This document shows positions 1 through 12,153 of a DNA stretch of 64,000 nt, one piece after another. Within the stretch, counting starts at the first letter, position 1; each line of letters opens with the position of its first letter. Source of the DNA: a bacterium (GTDB lineage Bacteria; Patescibacteriota; CPR2; UBA1875; JAJYID01); NCBI GenBank assembly GCA_021787535.1, contig JAJYLR010000001.1:556321-620320 (forward strand), written 5' to 3'. The notes under the pieces are model-generated. The model saw only the letters and a list, made by a program, of their open reading frames with translations, searched no databases and was not told the origin of the DNA. The translations under genes were made by a program, and so were the position numbers.

Positions 1-1831
1 CCGGAGTTGTGACTTCCACTTTCATAATCGGCTCTAGAATAATCGGGTTTGCCTGTTTGACACCCGCCTGGAGCGCCATAGAACCGGCGATTTTAAAGGC
101 CATCTCAGAAGAATCAACTTCGTGGAATGATCCGTCATAGAGCGTGGCTTTGATATCGACTACCGGATAGCCGGCGATAACCCCGTTTGTCATCGCTTCT
201 TCGATACCTTTCTGGACAGGATTAATGTATTCCTTGGGAATCGCGCCGCCGACAATCTTATTTTCAAACTCAAAGCCGGTACCGCTTTCAATCGGTTCAA
301 GCTCAAGCCAGACATGGCCGTATTGGCCGCGGCCACCGGACTGCCTGATAAACTTGCCTTCAACTTTAGCTGTGCCTTTAATAGTTTCTTTGTATGCCAC
401 TTGAGGTCTGCCGACATTTGCTTCAACTTTAAACTCACGCTTCATTCTATCTACGATAATTTCCAGATGAAGCTCACCCATGCCCTCAATCAAGGTTTGG
501 CCTGTTTCTTCATTGGTTTTAATGCGAAATGTCGGATCTTCTTCGGCCAGCCGCGACAAAGCCACGCCCATTTTCTCCTGATCGGCTTTGGTCTTCGGTT
601 CGATAGCCACTTGGATAACCGGCTCCGGAAAAGTGATTTTCTCTAAAATAATAGATTTTTGCGTATCGCAAATCGTATCTCCGGTTGTAGTACCCTTTAA
701 GCCGACCGCGGCTGCGATTTCACCCGCATAAACTTCTTTCACTTCCTCCCGTGAGTTTGCATGCATTTTCAGGATTCGCCCGATTCTTTCCTTTGAACCG
801 GTTGTGGCATTTAGAACATAACTGCCGCTTGTCAGCACTCCCCTATAAACACGGAAAAAAGCCAGTTTGCCGACAAAAGGATCAGTGGCAATTTTAAATA
901 CTAGCGCAGCGAGCGGTGCGTCATCTTTCGGCTCAATAACGACTTCGTCGCCGGATTTGGCATCTTCGCCCTTTGCAGGCGGCACTTCTGTAGGCGCCGG
1001 CAGATAATCAACTACCGCATCAAGAATAGTTTCGACAATAACACCTCTGCCGTCTCCGCCGAGAACCGGGTAGAATTTGCCTGTCAAAACACTTTTTCTG
1101 ATGGCATCTTTAAATTCCGATTCGCTGATTTCTTCGCCGCCAAGATATTTTTCCATCAGAGCATCGTCGATTTCTACTACTTTTTCCAGAAGCTCTTCCC
1201 GATACTTTTTCACCTTATCCTGCATGTCGGCCGGCACTTCAGTTTCTTCCAGTTTTTTGTCAGTATACGCTTTATACTGATACGCTTTCTGAGTCACCAG
1301 ATCTATGACGCCGTGAATTTCTTGTTCAAAACCGATCGGGAGCTGGAGAGCGTAGGCATTTTTATTTAAACGTTCTCGGATAGAATCCAAACTTTTATAG
1401 AAATCACCTCCGGTCTGGTTGATCTTGTTGATAAAGCAGATTCTCGGGACGTGATATTTATCAGCTTGCCGCCAGACAGTTTCACTTTGAGGTTCTACCC
1501 CCATTTTTCCATCGAATACCACAACTGCGCCATCTAAAACTCGAAGAGATCTTTCTACCTCAACAGTAAAATCTACGTGACCAGGAGTATCGATAATATT
1601 AATGTTGTGATCTTTCCAGAAACAGGTGGTCGCAGCCGAAGTAATGGTAATGCCCCGCTCTTTCTCCTGTTCCATCCAGTCCATAGTCGCTTCCCCCTCA
1701 TGAACTTCACCAATTTTATGGGTACGCCCCGTAACGTACAAAATACCCTCCGTGACAGTCGTTTTTCCGGCGTCGATGTGGGCGATAATCCCGATATTTC
1801 TCATTTTTTCCAAGCTGTATTTTCTGGGCAT
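1..1831 (-). CDS. fusA: Elongation factor G, 3' part truncated by window edge
   Basis: Reverse-strand translation from 1831 gives [25 protein letters not shown]...GHVDFT (GTPase G1-G3 motifs). The reading frame stays open to position 1, ending in ...[12 protein letters not shown] (EF-G domain V). Confidence 0.9.
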   Translation of the reverse strand, partial: MPRKYSLEKMRNIGIIAHIDAGKTTVTEGILYVTGRTHKIGEVHEGEATMDWMEQEKERGITITSAATTCFWKDHNINIIDTPGHVDFTVEVERSLRVLDGAVVVFDGKMGVEPQSETVWRQADKYHVPRICFINKINQTGGDFYKSLDSIRERLNKNAYALQLPIGFEQEIHGVIDLVTQKAYQYKAYTDKKLEETEVPADMQDKVKKYREELLEKVVEIDDALMEKYLGGEEISESEFKDAIRKSVLTGKFYPVLGGDGRGVIVETILDAVVDYLPAPTEVPPAKGEDAKSGDEVVIEPKDDAPLAALVFKIATDPFVGKLAFFRVYRGVLTSGSYVLNATTGSKERIGRILKMHANSREEVKEVYAGEIAAAVGLKGTTTGDTICDTQKSIILEKITFPEPVIQVAIEPKTKADQEKMGVALSRLAEEDPTFRIKTNEETGQTLIEGMGELHLEIIVDRMKREFKVEANVGRPQVAYKETIKGTAKVEGKFIRQSGGRGQYGHVWLELEPIESGTGFEFENKIVGGAIPKEYINPVQKGIEEAMTNGVIAGYPVVDIKATLYDGSFHEVDSSEMAFKIAGSMALQAGVKQANPIILEPIMKVEVTTP

Positions 1832-1893
1832 TCTAATTCCTAATCAAACTTAAATTTATCCTAATTACTAATTAACTAGTCCTTGTGACTTGA

Positions 1894-2370
1894 TTAATAT
1901 CTGGCAAAGTGAGCAAAGGCCTTGTTCGCTTCAGCCATTCTATGCGTATCTTCTTTTTTCTTGAAAGCCGTGCCGGCGCTATTATAAGCGTCAATGATTT
2001 CTTCCGCCAAACATTTGTCGTATGACTTTCCTTTTCTGCTACGCGCTGCATCACGAATCCAGGTAAAAGCATAGTGAACTTTTCGATTGCCTTTTACTTC
2101 TATCGGCACCTGATAAGTAGCTCCACCAATTCTCCTGGATTTAATCTGAACTTGGGGAGATACATTTTTAACAGCTGTTTCAAAGACTTCCAGCGGATCC
2201 GCCTTCAAAGTTTCCTGCACATTATCAAAAGCTTGATAAACCAGCTTGGTGGCTAGATTTTTCTTGCCGTTTAACATAGTTTTATTAATAAACTCAGACA
2301 CCAGAACGCTTTTGTATCTGGCATCCGGCGCGATAGGTCTTTTTGCTACTTTTCTTGGATCTCTTGGCAT
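1894..2370 (-). CDS. rpsG: 30S ribosomal protein S7
   Basis: 158 aa, MPRDPRKVAKRPIAPDARYKS...; typical S7 sequence and its position in the str operon. Confidence 0.95.
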   Translation of the reverse strand: MPRDPRKVAKRPIAPDARYKSVLVSEFINKTMLNGKKNLATKLVYQAFDNVQETLKADPLEVFETAVKNVSPQVQIKSRRIGGATYQVPIEVKGNRKVHYAFTWIRDAARSRKGKSYDKCLAEEIIDAYNSAGTAFKKKEDTHRMAEANKAFAHFARY

Positions 2371-2402
2371 TTAAATTCCTTATTTGATTTATTATAGTTG
2401 TT

Positions 2403-2430
2403 GAATCGCTTCGCTTGTTGGAATTGTCAT
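2403..2430. repeat. Degenerate copy of the dispersed GAATCGCTTCGCT...GGAATTGTCAT palindromic repeat (rpsL-rpsG spacer)
   Basis: gaatcgcttcgcttgttggaattgtcat shares the GTCATTCC/GGAATGAC ends and CGCTTCGCT core with copies at 60416 and elsewhere. Confidence 0.45.
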
Positions 2431-2474
2431 TTCGTTTCTAAGCTTTCCTACAATTCCCACATCTCTAACATTTT

Positions 2475-2882
2475 CTACGACTTTTTGGCTCCGTATTTGC
2501 TTCTTCCTCTTTTTCTATTTTGAACCCCAGCGGTATCAAGCGTACCTCTGACGATGTGATACCTGACGCCCGGCAAATCTTTCACTCTCCCGCCTCTGAT
2601 CATGACCACACTGTGTTCCTGAAGATTATGACCGATACCTGGAATATAAGCGGTGACTTCCATGCCATTAGTCAAGCGCACTCTCGCAATTTTTCGAAGC
2701 GCTGAGTTTGGTTTCTTAGGCGTGGTAGTTGAAACTTTGACGCAAACACCTCTTTTCTGGGGAGAATTAGCGAAAACTGCTTTTGATTTCAAAGCATTAT
2801 AAGACCTGGCCAAAGCCGGAGATTTGCTCTTTTTGATCTTATCTTTTCTGGGTTTCCTAATCAGCTGATTTACTGTTGGCAT
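2475..2882 (-). CDS. rpsL: 30S ribosomal protein S12
   Basis: 135 aa, [13 protein letters not shown]...KKPNSALRK...[17 protein letters not shown]. Confidence 0.95.
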   Translation of the reverse strand: MPTVNQLIRKPRKDKIKKSKSPALARSYNALKSKAVFANSPQKRGVCVKVSTTTPKKPNSALRKIARVRLTNGMEVTAYIPGIGHNLQEHSVVMIRGGRVKDLPGVRYHIVRGTLDTAGVQNRKRGRSKYGAKKS

Positions 2883-2956
2883 TTCTTTCTCTTAAATTTA
2901 TTTAACCTGTTTATTTTATCATTTCTAGCTTAATCTTTCAACTCTAAGTTTCAATA

Positions 2957-5900
2957 CTATTGTTCGCCATGAAACCCTGTCCCTACCGGCACAAGTTTGC
3001 CGATAATCACATTTTCTTTGAGTCCACGAAGATTATCGACCTTGCCTTTGGTAGCCGCATCTATCAGAATTCTATTCGTTTCCATAAATGATGCCGCTGA
3101 AAGGAAGCTGTCTGTTGAAAGCGATACTTTGGTGATCGACAGCAAGAGGTTCGTTGCAGTTGCGGGTTTGCCGCCGGTTTTCTTAACTCTTTCATTCTCT
3201 TCCAGAAAACTGGTTCTGGAAACAATATTTCCGGAAACAAAGGTAGTATCGCCAGGTTCATCAACCTTAAGCCGCGAGAACATCTGCCGAATGATTACTT
3301 CTATGTGTTTATCATTAATAGTTTGGCCCTGTGAAGCATAAATCTGCTGTACTTCCGTAGTAATATATCGCTGTATCGCATTTTCACCGAGAAGTTCCAA
3401 AGCATCCTGTAAATTCCAAGATCCCTCAGTAAGCTGCTGGCCAAGTGAAACTTCATCCCCGTCTTTCACTAAAATACTAATATTATTTGCAACAATATAT
3501 TCTTTAATGTCTGCTTCTTTGACAACTGTTATAGTATTTTTATCCTTGGATATTTTAACAATTCCGCTGTTTTTAGCTTTGACAGATTTGCCATGGGCAT
3601 TTTTGGCGAGTACATCCTTGGCCTCGACCGTTTGGTTATTTTTGACTGATATTTCACCGCCCTTTACCTCATACTCATCTTTTTCAATAATTGTAGAAGC
3701 CACTGTTATAATTTTCTGGTTTTGCTTTGATGCAATATGCACTTTACCGGCAATCTCGGCCAGAACCGCTTGGCCTTTCGGCGGTCTGGCTTCAAAAATT
3801 TCTTCAACTCTTGGTAGTCCTTGAGTAATGTCAGCTCCGGCTACACCACCTGCATGAAAAGTTCTCATGGTTAGTTGAGTGCCGGGCTCGCCGATACTTT
3901 GAGCAGCAATAATGCCGATAGCTTCGCCCAGTGAAATCAATCCGCCGCGCGCCAGATCAGCTCCGTAACATTTCTGGCACACTCCCCATCTGACTTTACA
4001 AGTAAGAACGGAACGGATTTTTATTTCATTAATACCGGATTTTTCCATTTTCTTATAATCTTCTTCTGTTACAAGAGTTCCCTTTTTGACCACAACTTCG
4101 CCTGTTTTCTTGTTCATCGCATTCTCCGCCAAAACCCTGCCGATAATTCTAGCTGAGAAGTCCTCGCCTATCGTCTCACTCTCTTCCTTTGAAATAAGCA
4201 TACCTTCCGTATCTTTACAGTCACTCTCGGTAATCATAACGTCTTGAGCCACATCAACCAATCTCCTCGTTAGATACCCGGCATCTGCGGTTTTGATAGC
4301 GGTATCAGATAATCCTTTTCTAGCGCCATGGGTTGAGATGAAATATTCGAGAGAGGAGAATCCCTCTTTATAGTTTGATTTAATAGGAAGCTCAATGGTC
4401 CGGCCTATTGCATTCACTACATTGCCTTTCATGCCTGCAAGCTGGACAAGCTGCCCGATCTCTCCTCTAGCCCCTGAATCCATCATAATATAGAGCGGAT
4501 TGAGTTTATCCATTTCATCTACCATTGTCTTTTGAATCTTAGTCTTTGTCTTTTCCCAAAGTTCAAGATTCCTATTATATTTCTCTTCTTCCGTTATTAG
4601 CCCCTGTCCTACCATTTCCGTCAGCTTATCTACCCTTGCCTCGGCTTCCTTAATAGTTTCTTCCTTTGACCCTGGTATCTTTAAATCATCCATCGAGAAA
4701 GAAATGCCGGATAGAGTGGCATAATGGAATCCCATATCTTTAATATCATTGACAAATCTTGCTGTTTCTTCTTGACCATAGCTGTCGAAAATAAGTTTAA
4801 TAATTTCAGCCAGCTTTTTCTTGGTCAAAACTTCATTTACAAATTCGGTTCCTTTCGGCATCAGAGCATTGAATTTAAGCCGCCCGACCGTGGTCTCTAT
4901 TATCTTTCCGCTAATTCTAACTTTTATTTTAGCAAGCAATCCCGCATATCCGTTTTGGTATGCTAAAATCGCCTCATCAGAGTCCGAAAAATATTTGCCT
5001 TCGCCTTCCTCTCCGTCTTTAATTAAAGACATATAGTAGCATCCAAGTACTATATCCTGACTGGGATTCATGACCGGTTCCCCGGCGGCGGGCTTCAAAA
5101 TATTTTTTGTTGAAAGCATAATTTCGCGGGCTTCTTCTTGAGCTTTGCCGGATAAAGGAACATGCACGGCCATCTGGTCTCCATCAAAGTCTGCGTTAAA
5201 AGCGGCGCAAACCAGCGGATGAATCTGGATCGCCTTGCCTTCTATTAAAACCGGCTGGAAAGCTTGAATACCGAGACGATGCAAAGTCGGAGCGCGGTTT
5301 AGAAGAACATATTTATTTTTAATAATCTCATCGAGCGCATCCCAAACTTCGCTTGTGCCCATTTCTATAAGCTTGGAAGCATTTTTTATGTTATGGGCGA
5401 TGCCGCCGGTAATGAGTTTAGAAATTACAAAGGGCTTAAAGAGTTCCAGAGCCATCATTTTAGGAATGCCGCATTGGTGAAGTTTCAGATCGGGTCCGAC
5501 AACGATCACACTTCGGCCTGAGTAATCAACACGTTTTCCAAGCAGGTTTTGTCTGAAGCGGCCGTGTTTGCCTTTCAGCATATCGGCTAAAGATCTAAGT
5601 TTCTTTTTCTGGCCCGCCCCTTGAGCCGCTTTTTCCCTTTTTGAGCTGGAATCAATCAGAGAATCAACTGCTTCCTGCAGCATTCTTTTTTCATTTCGGC
5701 AAATCACGCCGGGCGCATCCATAGCAAGAAGTTTTTTCAAGCGGTTATTTCTGTTTATCACTCTCCGATATAGATCGTTTAAATCACTGGCGGCAAATCT
5801 GCCCCCGTCAAGCTGAACCATAGGGCGAAGATCAGGCGGGATAACCGGCAAAACGTTCATAATCATCCATTCCGGCTTAATTCCTGCATTCTTAAAACCC

Positions 5901-6700
5901 TCGGCCCATTTAAGGCGTTTGAGAGCTTTTTTTCTTTTTTGGCCGTGTGACACATTAACCTCATTTACCAATTCTTTCACAAGAGTATCAATATCAACTT
6001 TCTTTAAAAGCTCTAAGATGGCCTCAGCTCCTATCCCGGCTTTGAAAAGGTGGCCGTATTTCATGGAATATTCTCTGTATTTGGCTTCTGTTAAAGTAGA
6101 TCGCTCCTTTAATTCTTCAATTTCTTTTTTGGCCGCATTTCTGGAGTTTTCCAAGTCCTCGATTGCCTTTTGGGCAGCACGGGCATCTTTTTCTTCGCTT
6201 AAAACAGCTTTCTTTTTACTCTTTAGTTCATCATCCAAAGAGGCGATCATCTCTTTTTTTGCCTTTTCATTCACTTCTGTCACAGCGTAATTTGCAAAAT
6301 AAACTACTCTTTCCAGATCTTTTACACCGATTTCAAGCAAAAGCCCGACAGAGCTTGGGATACCTTTTAAAAACCAAATATGAGCGACAGGAACCGCGAG
6401 TTTAATATGGCCCATTCTTTCTCTTCGAACTAAGCTTCGAGTTACTTCAACCCCGCATTTATCGCAAATAATGCCTTTGTACCGGATTTTTTTATATTTT
6501 CCGCAGTAACATTCCCAGTCTTTAGTCGGACCGAAGATTTTTTCGCAGAAAAGGCCGTCTTTTTCCGGTTTCTGGGTTCGATAGTTAATCGTTTCCGGCT
6601 TTGTAACCTCACCGTGCGACCATTTTAAAATCTGTTCCGGCGACGCTACCGAAATTTTGACCGCATTAAATATTTGGCTTTGTTCGTCAATTTTTGGCAT
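2957..6700 (-). CDS. rpoC: DNA-directed RNA polymerase subunit beta'
   Basis: 1247 aa; zinc-binding CxxC...CxxC N-terminus, [12 protein letters not shown] catalytic motif and [19 protein letters not shown]. Confidence 0.97.
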   Translation of the reverse strand: MPKIDEQSQIFNAVKISVASPEQILKWSHGEVTKPETINYRTQKPEKDGLFCEKIFGPTKDWECYCGKYKKIRYKGIICDKCGVEVTRSLVRRERMGHIKLAVPVAHIWFLKGIPSSVGLLLEIGVKDLERVVYFANYAVTEVNEKAKKEMIASLDDELKSKKKAVLSEEKDARAAQKAIEDLENSRNAAKKEIEELKERSTLTEAKYREYSMKYGHLFKAGIGAEAILELLKKVDIDTLVKELVNEVNVSHGQKRKKALKRLKWAEGFKNAGIKPEWMIMNVLPVIPPDLRPMVQLDGGRFAASDLNDLYRRVINRNNRLKKLLAMDAPGVICRNEKRMLQEAVDSLIDSSSKREKAAQGAGQKKKLRSLADMLKGKHGRFRQNLLGKRVDYSGRSVIVVGPDLKLHQCGIPKMMALELFKPFVISKLITGGIAHNIKNASKLIEMGTSEVWDALDEIIKNKYVLLNRAPTLHRLGIQAFQPVLIEGKAIQIHPLVCAAFNADFDGDQMAVHVPLSGKAQEEAREIMLSTKNILKPAAGEPVMNPSQDIVLGCYYMSLIKDGEEGEGKYFSDSDEAILAYQNGYAGLLAKIKVRISGKIIETTVGRLKFNALMPKGTEFVNEVLTKKKLAEIIKLIFDSYGQEETARFVNDIKDMGFHYATLSGISFSMDDLKIPGSKEETIKEAEARVDKLTEMVGQGLITEEEKYNRNLELWEKTKTKIQKTMVDEMDKLNPLYIMMDSGARGEIGQLVQLAGMKGNVVNAIGRTIELPIKSNYKEGFSSLEYFISTHGARKGLSDTAIKTADAGYLTRRLVDVAQDVMITESDCKDTEGMLISKEESETIGEDFSARIIGRVLAENAMNKKTGEVVVKKGTLVTEEDYKKMEKSGINEIKIRSVLTCKVRWGVCQKCYGADLARGGLISLGEAIGIIAAQSIGEPGTQLTMRTFHAGGVAGADITQGLPRVEEIFEARPPKGQAVLAEIAGKVHIASKQNQKIITVASTIIEKDEYEVKGGEISVKNNQTVEAKDVLAKNAHGKSVKAKNSGIVKISKDKNTITVVKEADIKEYIVANNISILVKDGDEVSLGQQLTEGSWNLQDALELLGENAIQRYITTEVQQIYASQGQTINDKHIEVIIRQMFSRLKVDEPGDTTFVSGNIVSRTSFLEENERVKKTGGKPATATNLLLSITKVSLSTDSFLSAASFMETNRILIDAATKGKVDNLRGLKENVIIGKLVPVGTGFHGEQ

Positions 6701-6734
6701 CTTGAAATTCCTTAAAACTTATAAATTTAATTAA

Positions 6735-9700
6735 CTAATCACTCGTCACATCTATCTCAGGCAAATCCGCTCCTTTGCCCTCGATAATTTCCGCATCTTT
6801 CAATTCTTCAATATCTTCTTCATACTCAGTTTCTATAACTTCTTCGGCTGTCGCTTCTCTTTTGATCCGATCTTTAGCATCTTTCTGCAAGAGTTCAATA
6901 TTCAAACCTAAACCTTGCAGCTCTTTAGTTAAAACATTGAAAGACTCCGGTATACCCGGCTCTTTAATTTGTTCACCTTTAATAGTAGATTCATAAACCT
7001 TGCTTCTGCCGATTACATCATCACTCTTCACTGTTAACATTTCCTGCAAAGTATGGGCGGCCCCATAAGCTTCAAGTGCCCAGACTTCCATCTCTCCAAA
7101 TCTCTGGCCTCCGTTTTGGGCTTTTCCGCCGAGCGGCTGCTGCGTCACCATGGCATATGGGCCGATTGATCTGGCATGAACTTTATCCTCTACCAAATGA
7201 AGTAATTTTAAAATGTAGTTATAACCGACTGTTGTTTTCTGATTGAAGTATTCACCGGTCCTGCCGTCTCTCAGCCGGATCCGGCCGTCTTCCGGCAAAC
7301 CGGCTTTTGCAAGTTCTTCCTTGATATTTTCAATGTTTACGCCATTAAAAACAGGTGAAGCCACTTTATAGCCAAGCGCTTTAGCCGCCCATCCAAGATG
7401 AGTCTCTAAAACCTGCCCGATGTTAAGGCGGGAAACAACCCCTAGAGGATTTAAAATGACGTCAACCGGCGTGCCGTCTTCAAGATAAGGCAGGTCTTCA
7501 ACCGGCAGAATTCTGGCAATCACTCCTTTGTTTCCGTGGCGCCCGGCCATCTTATCCCCGACCGCTACCTTTCTCATTTGAGCAACGGTAACAAATACCT
7601 GCTTTATAACCCCGACCGGCAGCTCGTCGCCTTTATCCCTGGACTTAATTCTGACATCGATCACTTTGCCATTCAGCCGCGACGGCAGCCGAAGCGACGT
7701 GTCTTTCACATCACGGGCTTTTTCACCGAAAATAGCACGGAGCAGTCTTTCCTCAGCCGTTAGCTCGGTCTCGCCTTTTGCAGTAATCTTACCGACCAAA
7801 ATATCGCCCGACGTTACTTCGGCGCCGATTCTCACTATCCCATCCTCATCCAGATCGCGAAGAGCTTCTTCACCGACATTTGGAATATCGCGGGTAATCA
7901 CTTCGGGACCAAGTTTGGTATCACGAACATCTATAGGAAACTCTTCCAGGTGGATAGAAGTATATCTATCATCCGAAACGAGCCGTTCTGAAATAATAAT
8001 AGCATCTTCGTAGTTGCCTCCTTGCCAATTCATGTATGCCACAAGGACATTCTGGCCTAAAGCTATCTCTCCGTCTTCTGTGGCAGTCCCGTCTATTAAA
8101 AGATCGCCTTTTTTAATTTTCTGTTCTTTTTCAACAACAGTTTTTTGATTGATGCAGGTTCCCTGATTAGACATCGCAAATTTATCTAGCGCATAAATTT
8201 CTTCTTTGCCATCTGTGTATTTAACAGCTACGGAATCAGCCGTAGAAGCAATAACTTCTCCGCCTGTGCGAGCTCTCACAATTTGCCCGGACGATTCCGC
8301 TACATTCCCTTCAACGCCGGTTCCTACAACCGGTGACTCCGGTTTCACAAGAGAAACGGCCTGGCGCTGCATGTTTGCGCCCATCAGGGCTCTCTTTGCA
8401 TCATCATGTTCCAAAAATGGTATGAGAGCTGTTGAGATGCTGACAGATTGTTTAGTTGAGACGTCAAGATAATCTATTTCTTCCACTAGCGCTTCGTCTG
8501 CTTCCAGTTTTCTCCTGACCGGAAGAATTTTATCCTTGAAATATCCCTTTTCATCCAGAGGTGTGCTGGCTTCGGCAATAATAGAATTTTCTTCCTGAGC
8601 TGCATTTAAATAAACTATATCGTCTGATACTCTTGATTTGATTTTAATGATATCTTTTTTCACCTTTTGAAGCTGCGCAGCTATTTTTTGAGTGATAACA
8701 TCTCCGCTGTCCACAACCTTTCTCGCTCCGTCTTTGATGGTTTCAGCTGAAATTTCTCCAACCGGAGATTTGCCGTCATTTTTCACTTCTTTCAGTACTT
8801 TACGGTACGGCGCTTCTAAGAATCCATATTCATTGACTCTCGCATATGAAGCAAGAGCATTCACAAGACCAATATTCGGCCCTTCGGGAGTTTCTATCGG
8901 ACAAATGCGGCCGTAATGCGTACGGTGCACATCTCTAACCTCAAAACCTGCCCTTTCGCGGGTTAAACCGCCGGGACCGAGAGCTGATAATCTTCTTTTA
9001 TTTGAAAGTTCAGCGAGCGGATTTGTTTGATCCATAAATTGCGAAAGCTGAGATGAAGCAAAGAATTCTTTAATAGAAGCAACAACCGGTCTCACATTTA
9101 CCAGCTGGCTCGGGGTAACCGTTTCGGGGTCATTGGTACTCATCCGGTCTTTGATGATTCTCTCAGTCCTTAGCATCCCTACCCTGAATCTCTGTTGTAG
9201 TAGCTCGCCCATAGTTCTGAGCCGTCTGTTTGCTAAGTGATCAATGTCATCATGTTCTCCCTGTGCATTGTTCAGTTTAATAATTTCTTTAATAACTTCA
9301 ACCAGATCGCTCACCTGAAATACTCTGTGTTTTCTATCTTCCGGCAAATTCAAACCCAACCGTTGGTTTATCTTGAATCTGCCAACGCGCGAAAGATCAT
9401 ATTTTCTATGGTCAAAAAACATTCCGTCAATCAAAGATTTGGAATTATCGGCAGTTGCAAGATCACCGGGACGGATCTTTTTATAAGTTTCTATATAGGC
9501 CTCTTCTCTATTGGAGGAAGTGTCTTTTTCTAAAGTAGCATTTATATAGTCATGTTCCTTATCAGTATTAACTGAAGTGAAAAGCTTTTTTATATCTTCA
9601 TCCGCGGCATAACCAAAAGCTCGAAGCAAAGTTGTAACAGGAAATTTTCTCTTGCGGTCGATTTTGACATAGATCACATCCTGAGCCGATGTTTCCAGTT

Positions 9701-10211
9701 CAAGCCAAGCGCCATAGACCGGAATAATTTTGGCGCCGAAATATTTTCTTCCGCTTATCCAGTCAACAGTAAAAAATGCACCCGGTGAGCGCATTAGCTG
9801 GCTAATTATGACTCTCTCGACACCATTGATAATAAAAGTCCCTCTCTCTGTCATAATAGGCAAGTCGCCGAGAAATATCTCTTGATTCCGAGTTTTCCCG
9901 GTAACCTTGTTTTTGAGCTCTAGATTGACTCTGATAGGAGCTTCATAAGTCATCTTTTTTTGTTTGGCAACTTTTTCCGAATGTTTTTCTTCTTCTAGAT
10001 AATAATCTTTAAAAGACAGCTCTAAGTTCTGTTTGGTAAAATCTTCTATCGGAGAGAGTTCTTCGAATATTTCTCCTATGCCTTCTTTAACAAACCAGTT
10101 GTAACTATCGGCCTGAATTTCAAGAAGATTTGGCAGCGGCAAGATCTCCTTTGTTTTATTAAAATACTTCCTTTGTGTTTTCGATGCGGTCACAGAGTCG
10201 CTTTTTGCCAT
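6735..10211 (-). CDS. rpoB: DNA-directed RNA polymerase subunit beta
   Basis: 1158 aa; conserved RpoB blocks (GEMEVWALEAYGAA, ...RHGNKGV...), directly upstream of rpoC. Confidence 0.97.
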   Translation of the reverse strand: MAKSDSVTASKTQRKYFNKTKEILPLPNLLEIQADSYNWFVKEGIGEIFEELSPIEDFTKQNLELSFKDYYLEEEKHSEKVAKQKKMTYEAPIRVNLELKNKVTGKTRNQEIFLGDLPIMTERGTFIINGVERVIISQLMRSPGAFFTVDWISGRKYFGAKIIPVYGAWLELETSAQDVIYVKIDRKRKFPVTTLLRAFGYAADEDIKKLFTSVNTDKEHDYINATLEKDTSSNREEAYIETYKKIRPGDLATADNSKSLIDGMFFDHRKYDLSRVGRFKINQRLGLNLPEDRKHRVFQVSDLVEVIKEIIKLNNAQGEHDDIDHLANRRLRTMGELLQQRFRVGMLRTERIIKDRMSTNDPETVTPSQLVNVRPVVASIKEFFASSQLSQFMDQTNPLAELSNKRRLSALGPGGLTRERAGFEVRDVHRTHYGRICPIETPEGPNIGLVNALASYARVNEYGFLEAPYRKVLKEVKNDGKSPVGEISAETIKDGARKVVDSGDVITQKIAAQLQKVKKDIIKIKSRVSDDIVYLNAAQEENSIIAEASTPLDEKGYFKDKILPVRRKLEADEALVEEIDYLDVSTKQSVSISTALIPFLEHDDAKRALMGANMQRQAVSLVKPESPVVGTGVEGNVAESSGQIVRARTGGEVIASTADSVAVKYTDGKEEIYALDKFAMSNQGTCINQKTVVEKEQKIKKGDLLIDGTATEDGEIALGQNVLVAYMNWQGGNYEDAIIISERLVSDDRYTSIHLEEFPIDVRDTKLGPEVITRDIPNVGEEALRDLDEDGIVRIGAEVTSGDILVGKITAKGETELTAEERLLRAIFGEKARDVKDTSLRLPSRLNGKVIDVRIKSRDKGDELPVGVIKQVFVTVAQMRKVAVGDKMAGRHGNKGVIARILPVEDLPYLEDGTPVDVILNPLGVVSRLNIGQVLETHLGWAAKALGYKVASPVFNGVNIENIKEELAKAGLPEDGRIRLRDGRTGEYFNQKTTVGYNYILKLLHLVEDKVHARSIGPYAMVTQQPLGGKAQNGGQRFGEMEVWALEAYGAAHTLQEMLTVKSDDVIGRSKVYESTIKGEQIKEPGIPESFNVLTKELQGLGLNIELLQKDAKDRIKREATAEEVIETEYEEDIEELKDAEIIEGKGADLPEIDVTSD

Positions 10212-10430
10212 AAAAACAAGTGCTCCTTAAATAAATTTAAATTAACTTCTCTTGTTAGGAGTTTCTTTTTCCGTTATTTTTGGGAATGGAACCTGGTGCA
10301 AATCTCATGATCGACAAGTTCATTTCTATAGTTTTCAGAGCGTTGAGATTTTTGAACAGGCCTAGTCTTGGTCAAAGTATTCCCTTTTCTGTATATAATA
10401 AAGACTAAAAAACAATATACTCTTTTTGTC

Positions 10431-10450
10431 AAAAACTGTCAACAGTTTTT
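10431..10450. terminator. Palindromic hairpin aaaaactgtcaacagttttt between rpoB start and upstream operon end
   Basis: Perfect 8-bp inverted repeat flanked by A/T runs. It could terminate the upstream tig-clpP-NIF3 unit and/or act as an operator ahead of an rpoB promoter (tatataat at about 10395). Confidence 0.35.
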
Positions 10451-10472
10451 ATAAAAAATAATTTTTTATAAG

Positions 10473-11444
10473 CTATTTAAGGTTATTTTTAAATCTTTTC
10501 ACTCTTATTAATCCCGAGCATGGAATAACTTTCACGCCTTTTTTCTCGATTTCATCCAGCAATAGATTCGTCCCTAGAGAATCCGAGGATATATGGCCGG
10601 CAATCACAATATTAATATGGTTTTTTGCCGCTTCCTTTCTATCTTTTTCATTAACATGCATAGCTATCACAGTACCGATGCCTGCCTGCGCCATCTTCTC
10701 ATAAACTTCTGACCCCATGCTTGTTCCGCCGGTAATACCGGCCGCCACTATTTTTCCAGCTTTACTCTTCGGGCTGCCGGAGAAAATCTTGGGTCCGGCT
10801 CCAATTTTCACCGCTTCCTTATATTCCGGAACTTCTTTCAAAATATCCAGAATTTCGCCGACAGTTTCGGGTTTTTTCTTCTTCATCAGATTCTCTATAA
10901 AAGTGTAAACGCTATTATCAGCCGGGGTATGGGCGCATAAAAATGGAATATCGAGAATTTTAGCGGTATCTACCGGACGATTGTGGTTAGCCGGAGCAAT
11001 ACCCCGATCAACTTCACCGATTCTTTCCATGGAAACACCCTCAGCAATATTGATCGGCACTCCCCCAATATGCATAACATCAATATTTAAATCCATTACA
11101 TCGGCAAGTCTCGCATAAGCTTTTCCCTCCGGATGGTGGGCAAAAACAAGATCAATATTTTCTCCTTTTTCTTTCAATCTATCGGCTAGAAGTATCTCTG
11201 GAGTTTCCATATCGATACCGGCTAAAACAGTTTTCACCTCTGTTTTGGGATCGCCGTACAGAATGCGCGTGTCGGCAAAGGGATTAGCCAGTTTTTCTTT
11301 GTCAAACTCATCTTTTTTCTTTTTATCCAGCTTGGCATATTCACCCTCGAGCTTTTTTAATCTCTTTTCGATTTCTTTTTTACCGCGTGGATCCGCGTCA
11401 ATGCCCTTTTGGATAAAAAGATTATAAATCTCTTCAAGTTTCAT
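10473..11444 (-). CDS. NIF3/YbgI-like putative metal-binding protein
   Basis: 323 aa; VFAHHPEG and C-terminal IAGHISSDS motifs resemble the HHxx / GHHxxE metal-ligand motifs of NIF3-family proteins. The N-terminal coiled-coil segment is atypical. Confidence 0.35.
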   Translation of the reverse strand: MKLEEIYNLFIQKGIDADPRGKKEIEKRLKKLEGEYAKLDKKKKDEFDKEKLANPFADTRILYGDPKTEVKTVLAGIDMETPEILLADRLKEKGENIDLVFAHHPEGKAYARLADVMDLNIDVMHIGGVPINIAEGVSMERIGEVDRGIAPANHNRPVDTAKILDIPFLCAHTPADNSVYTFIENLMKKKKPETVGEILDILKEVPEYKEAVKIGAGPKIFSGSPKSKAGKIVAAGITGGTSMGSEVYEKMAQAGIGTVIAMHVNEKDRKEAAKNHINIVIAGHISSDSLGTNLLLDEIEKKGVKVIPCSGLIRVKRFKNNLK

Positions 11445-11445
11445 G

Positions 11446-12066
11446 CTATCTCCTCGATTCGATTATTTTATCAACCATACCATAAGTTTTAGCTTCCCGA
11501 GCGCTCATAAAGTAGTCTCTTTCAACATCCTCGGCAACTTTTTTAACGCCTTGGCCCGTATGTTTGGCTAAAATATTATTCAGATTTTCTTTGAGTCTTC
11601 TTATTTCTTTAGTGTGGATTTCAATATCAGTCACTTGTCCGCCCATACCCATAATATGCGGCTGATGAATCATAATCTGAGAGTTTGGCAGTGAAAATCT
11701 TTTATTCTTTACTCCTGCACCCAGCAGTATAGCCGCGCCGCTCGCAGCAAGTCCAACACAAATCGTTGAAACATCGGGCTTTATATATTGCATGGTGTCA
11801 TAGATTGCCAGTGCTGAAGAGACTGCGCCTCCCGGCGAATTAATGTACAAATTAATATCTTTTTTAGGATCCTCACTTTCTAAAAATAGAAGCTGGGCAA
11901 TAATAATATTTGCCACGGTATCATCGATCGGAGTCCCCAGAAAAACTATGCGGTCTTTCAAAAGCCGCGAATAAATATCATAGGCCCTCTCACCCATGTG
12001 AGTTTTTTCAATGACTGTGGGAATAAGTATTTGGTTTTTAGGTGTCATATTCTTCCTTTCTGTCAT
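11446..12066 (-). CDS. clpP: ATP-dependent Clp protease proteolytic subunit
   Basis: [19 protein letters not shown]...INSPGG(S)...MIHQP... catalytic Ser/His context. The ATG for MTERKNM is preceded by AAGGAGG; the ORF track starts 6 nt earlier at GTG. Confidence 0.9.
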   Translation of the reverse strand: MTERKNMTPKNQILIPTVIEKTHMGERAYDIYSRLLKDRIVFLGTPIDDTVANIIIAQLLFLESEDPKKDINLYINSPGGAVSSALAIYDTMQYIKPDVSTICVGLAASGAAILLGAGVKNKRFSLPNSQIMIHQPHIMGMGGQVTDIEIHTKEIRRLKENLNNILAKHTGQGVKKVAEDVERDYFMSAREAKTYGMVDKIIESRR

Positions 12067-12147
12067 TCCCACCCTCCTTTGTCATTCCCGCGCAGGCGGG
12101 AATCCAGAATTTATTTGTATAGATTCCGGATCAAGTCCGGAATGACA
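12061..12147. repeat. Cluster of 3 palindromic repeat units (tgtcattcc / gtcattcccgcgcaggcgggaatcc / gattccggatcaagtccggaatgac)
   Basis: Imperfect hairpin units with GTCATTCC...GGAATGAC ends in the clpP-tig spacer, overlapping the clpP RBS and start. The last unit is the reverse complement of the copy at 56788-56812. Confidence 0.7.
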
Positions 12148-12153
12148 TATGAA

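Noticed and set aside
2997-9533. Numerous 60-125-aa ORFs on the plus strand within rpoC/rpoB, and similar embedded ORFs inside dnaE, recG, clpC, ligA, gatA
   Set aside because: All are fully nested in long, strongly supported genes on the other strand, with biased low-complexity composition and no start signals.
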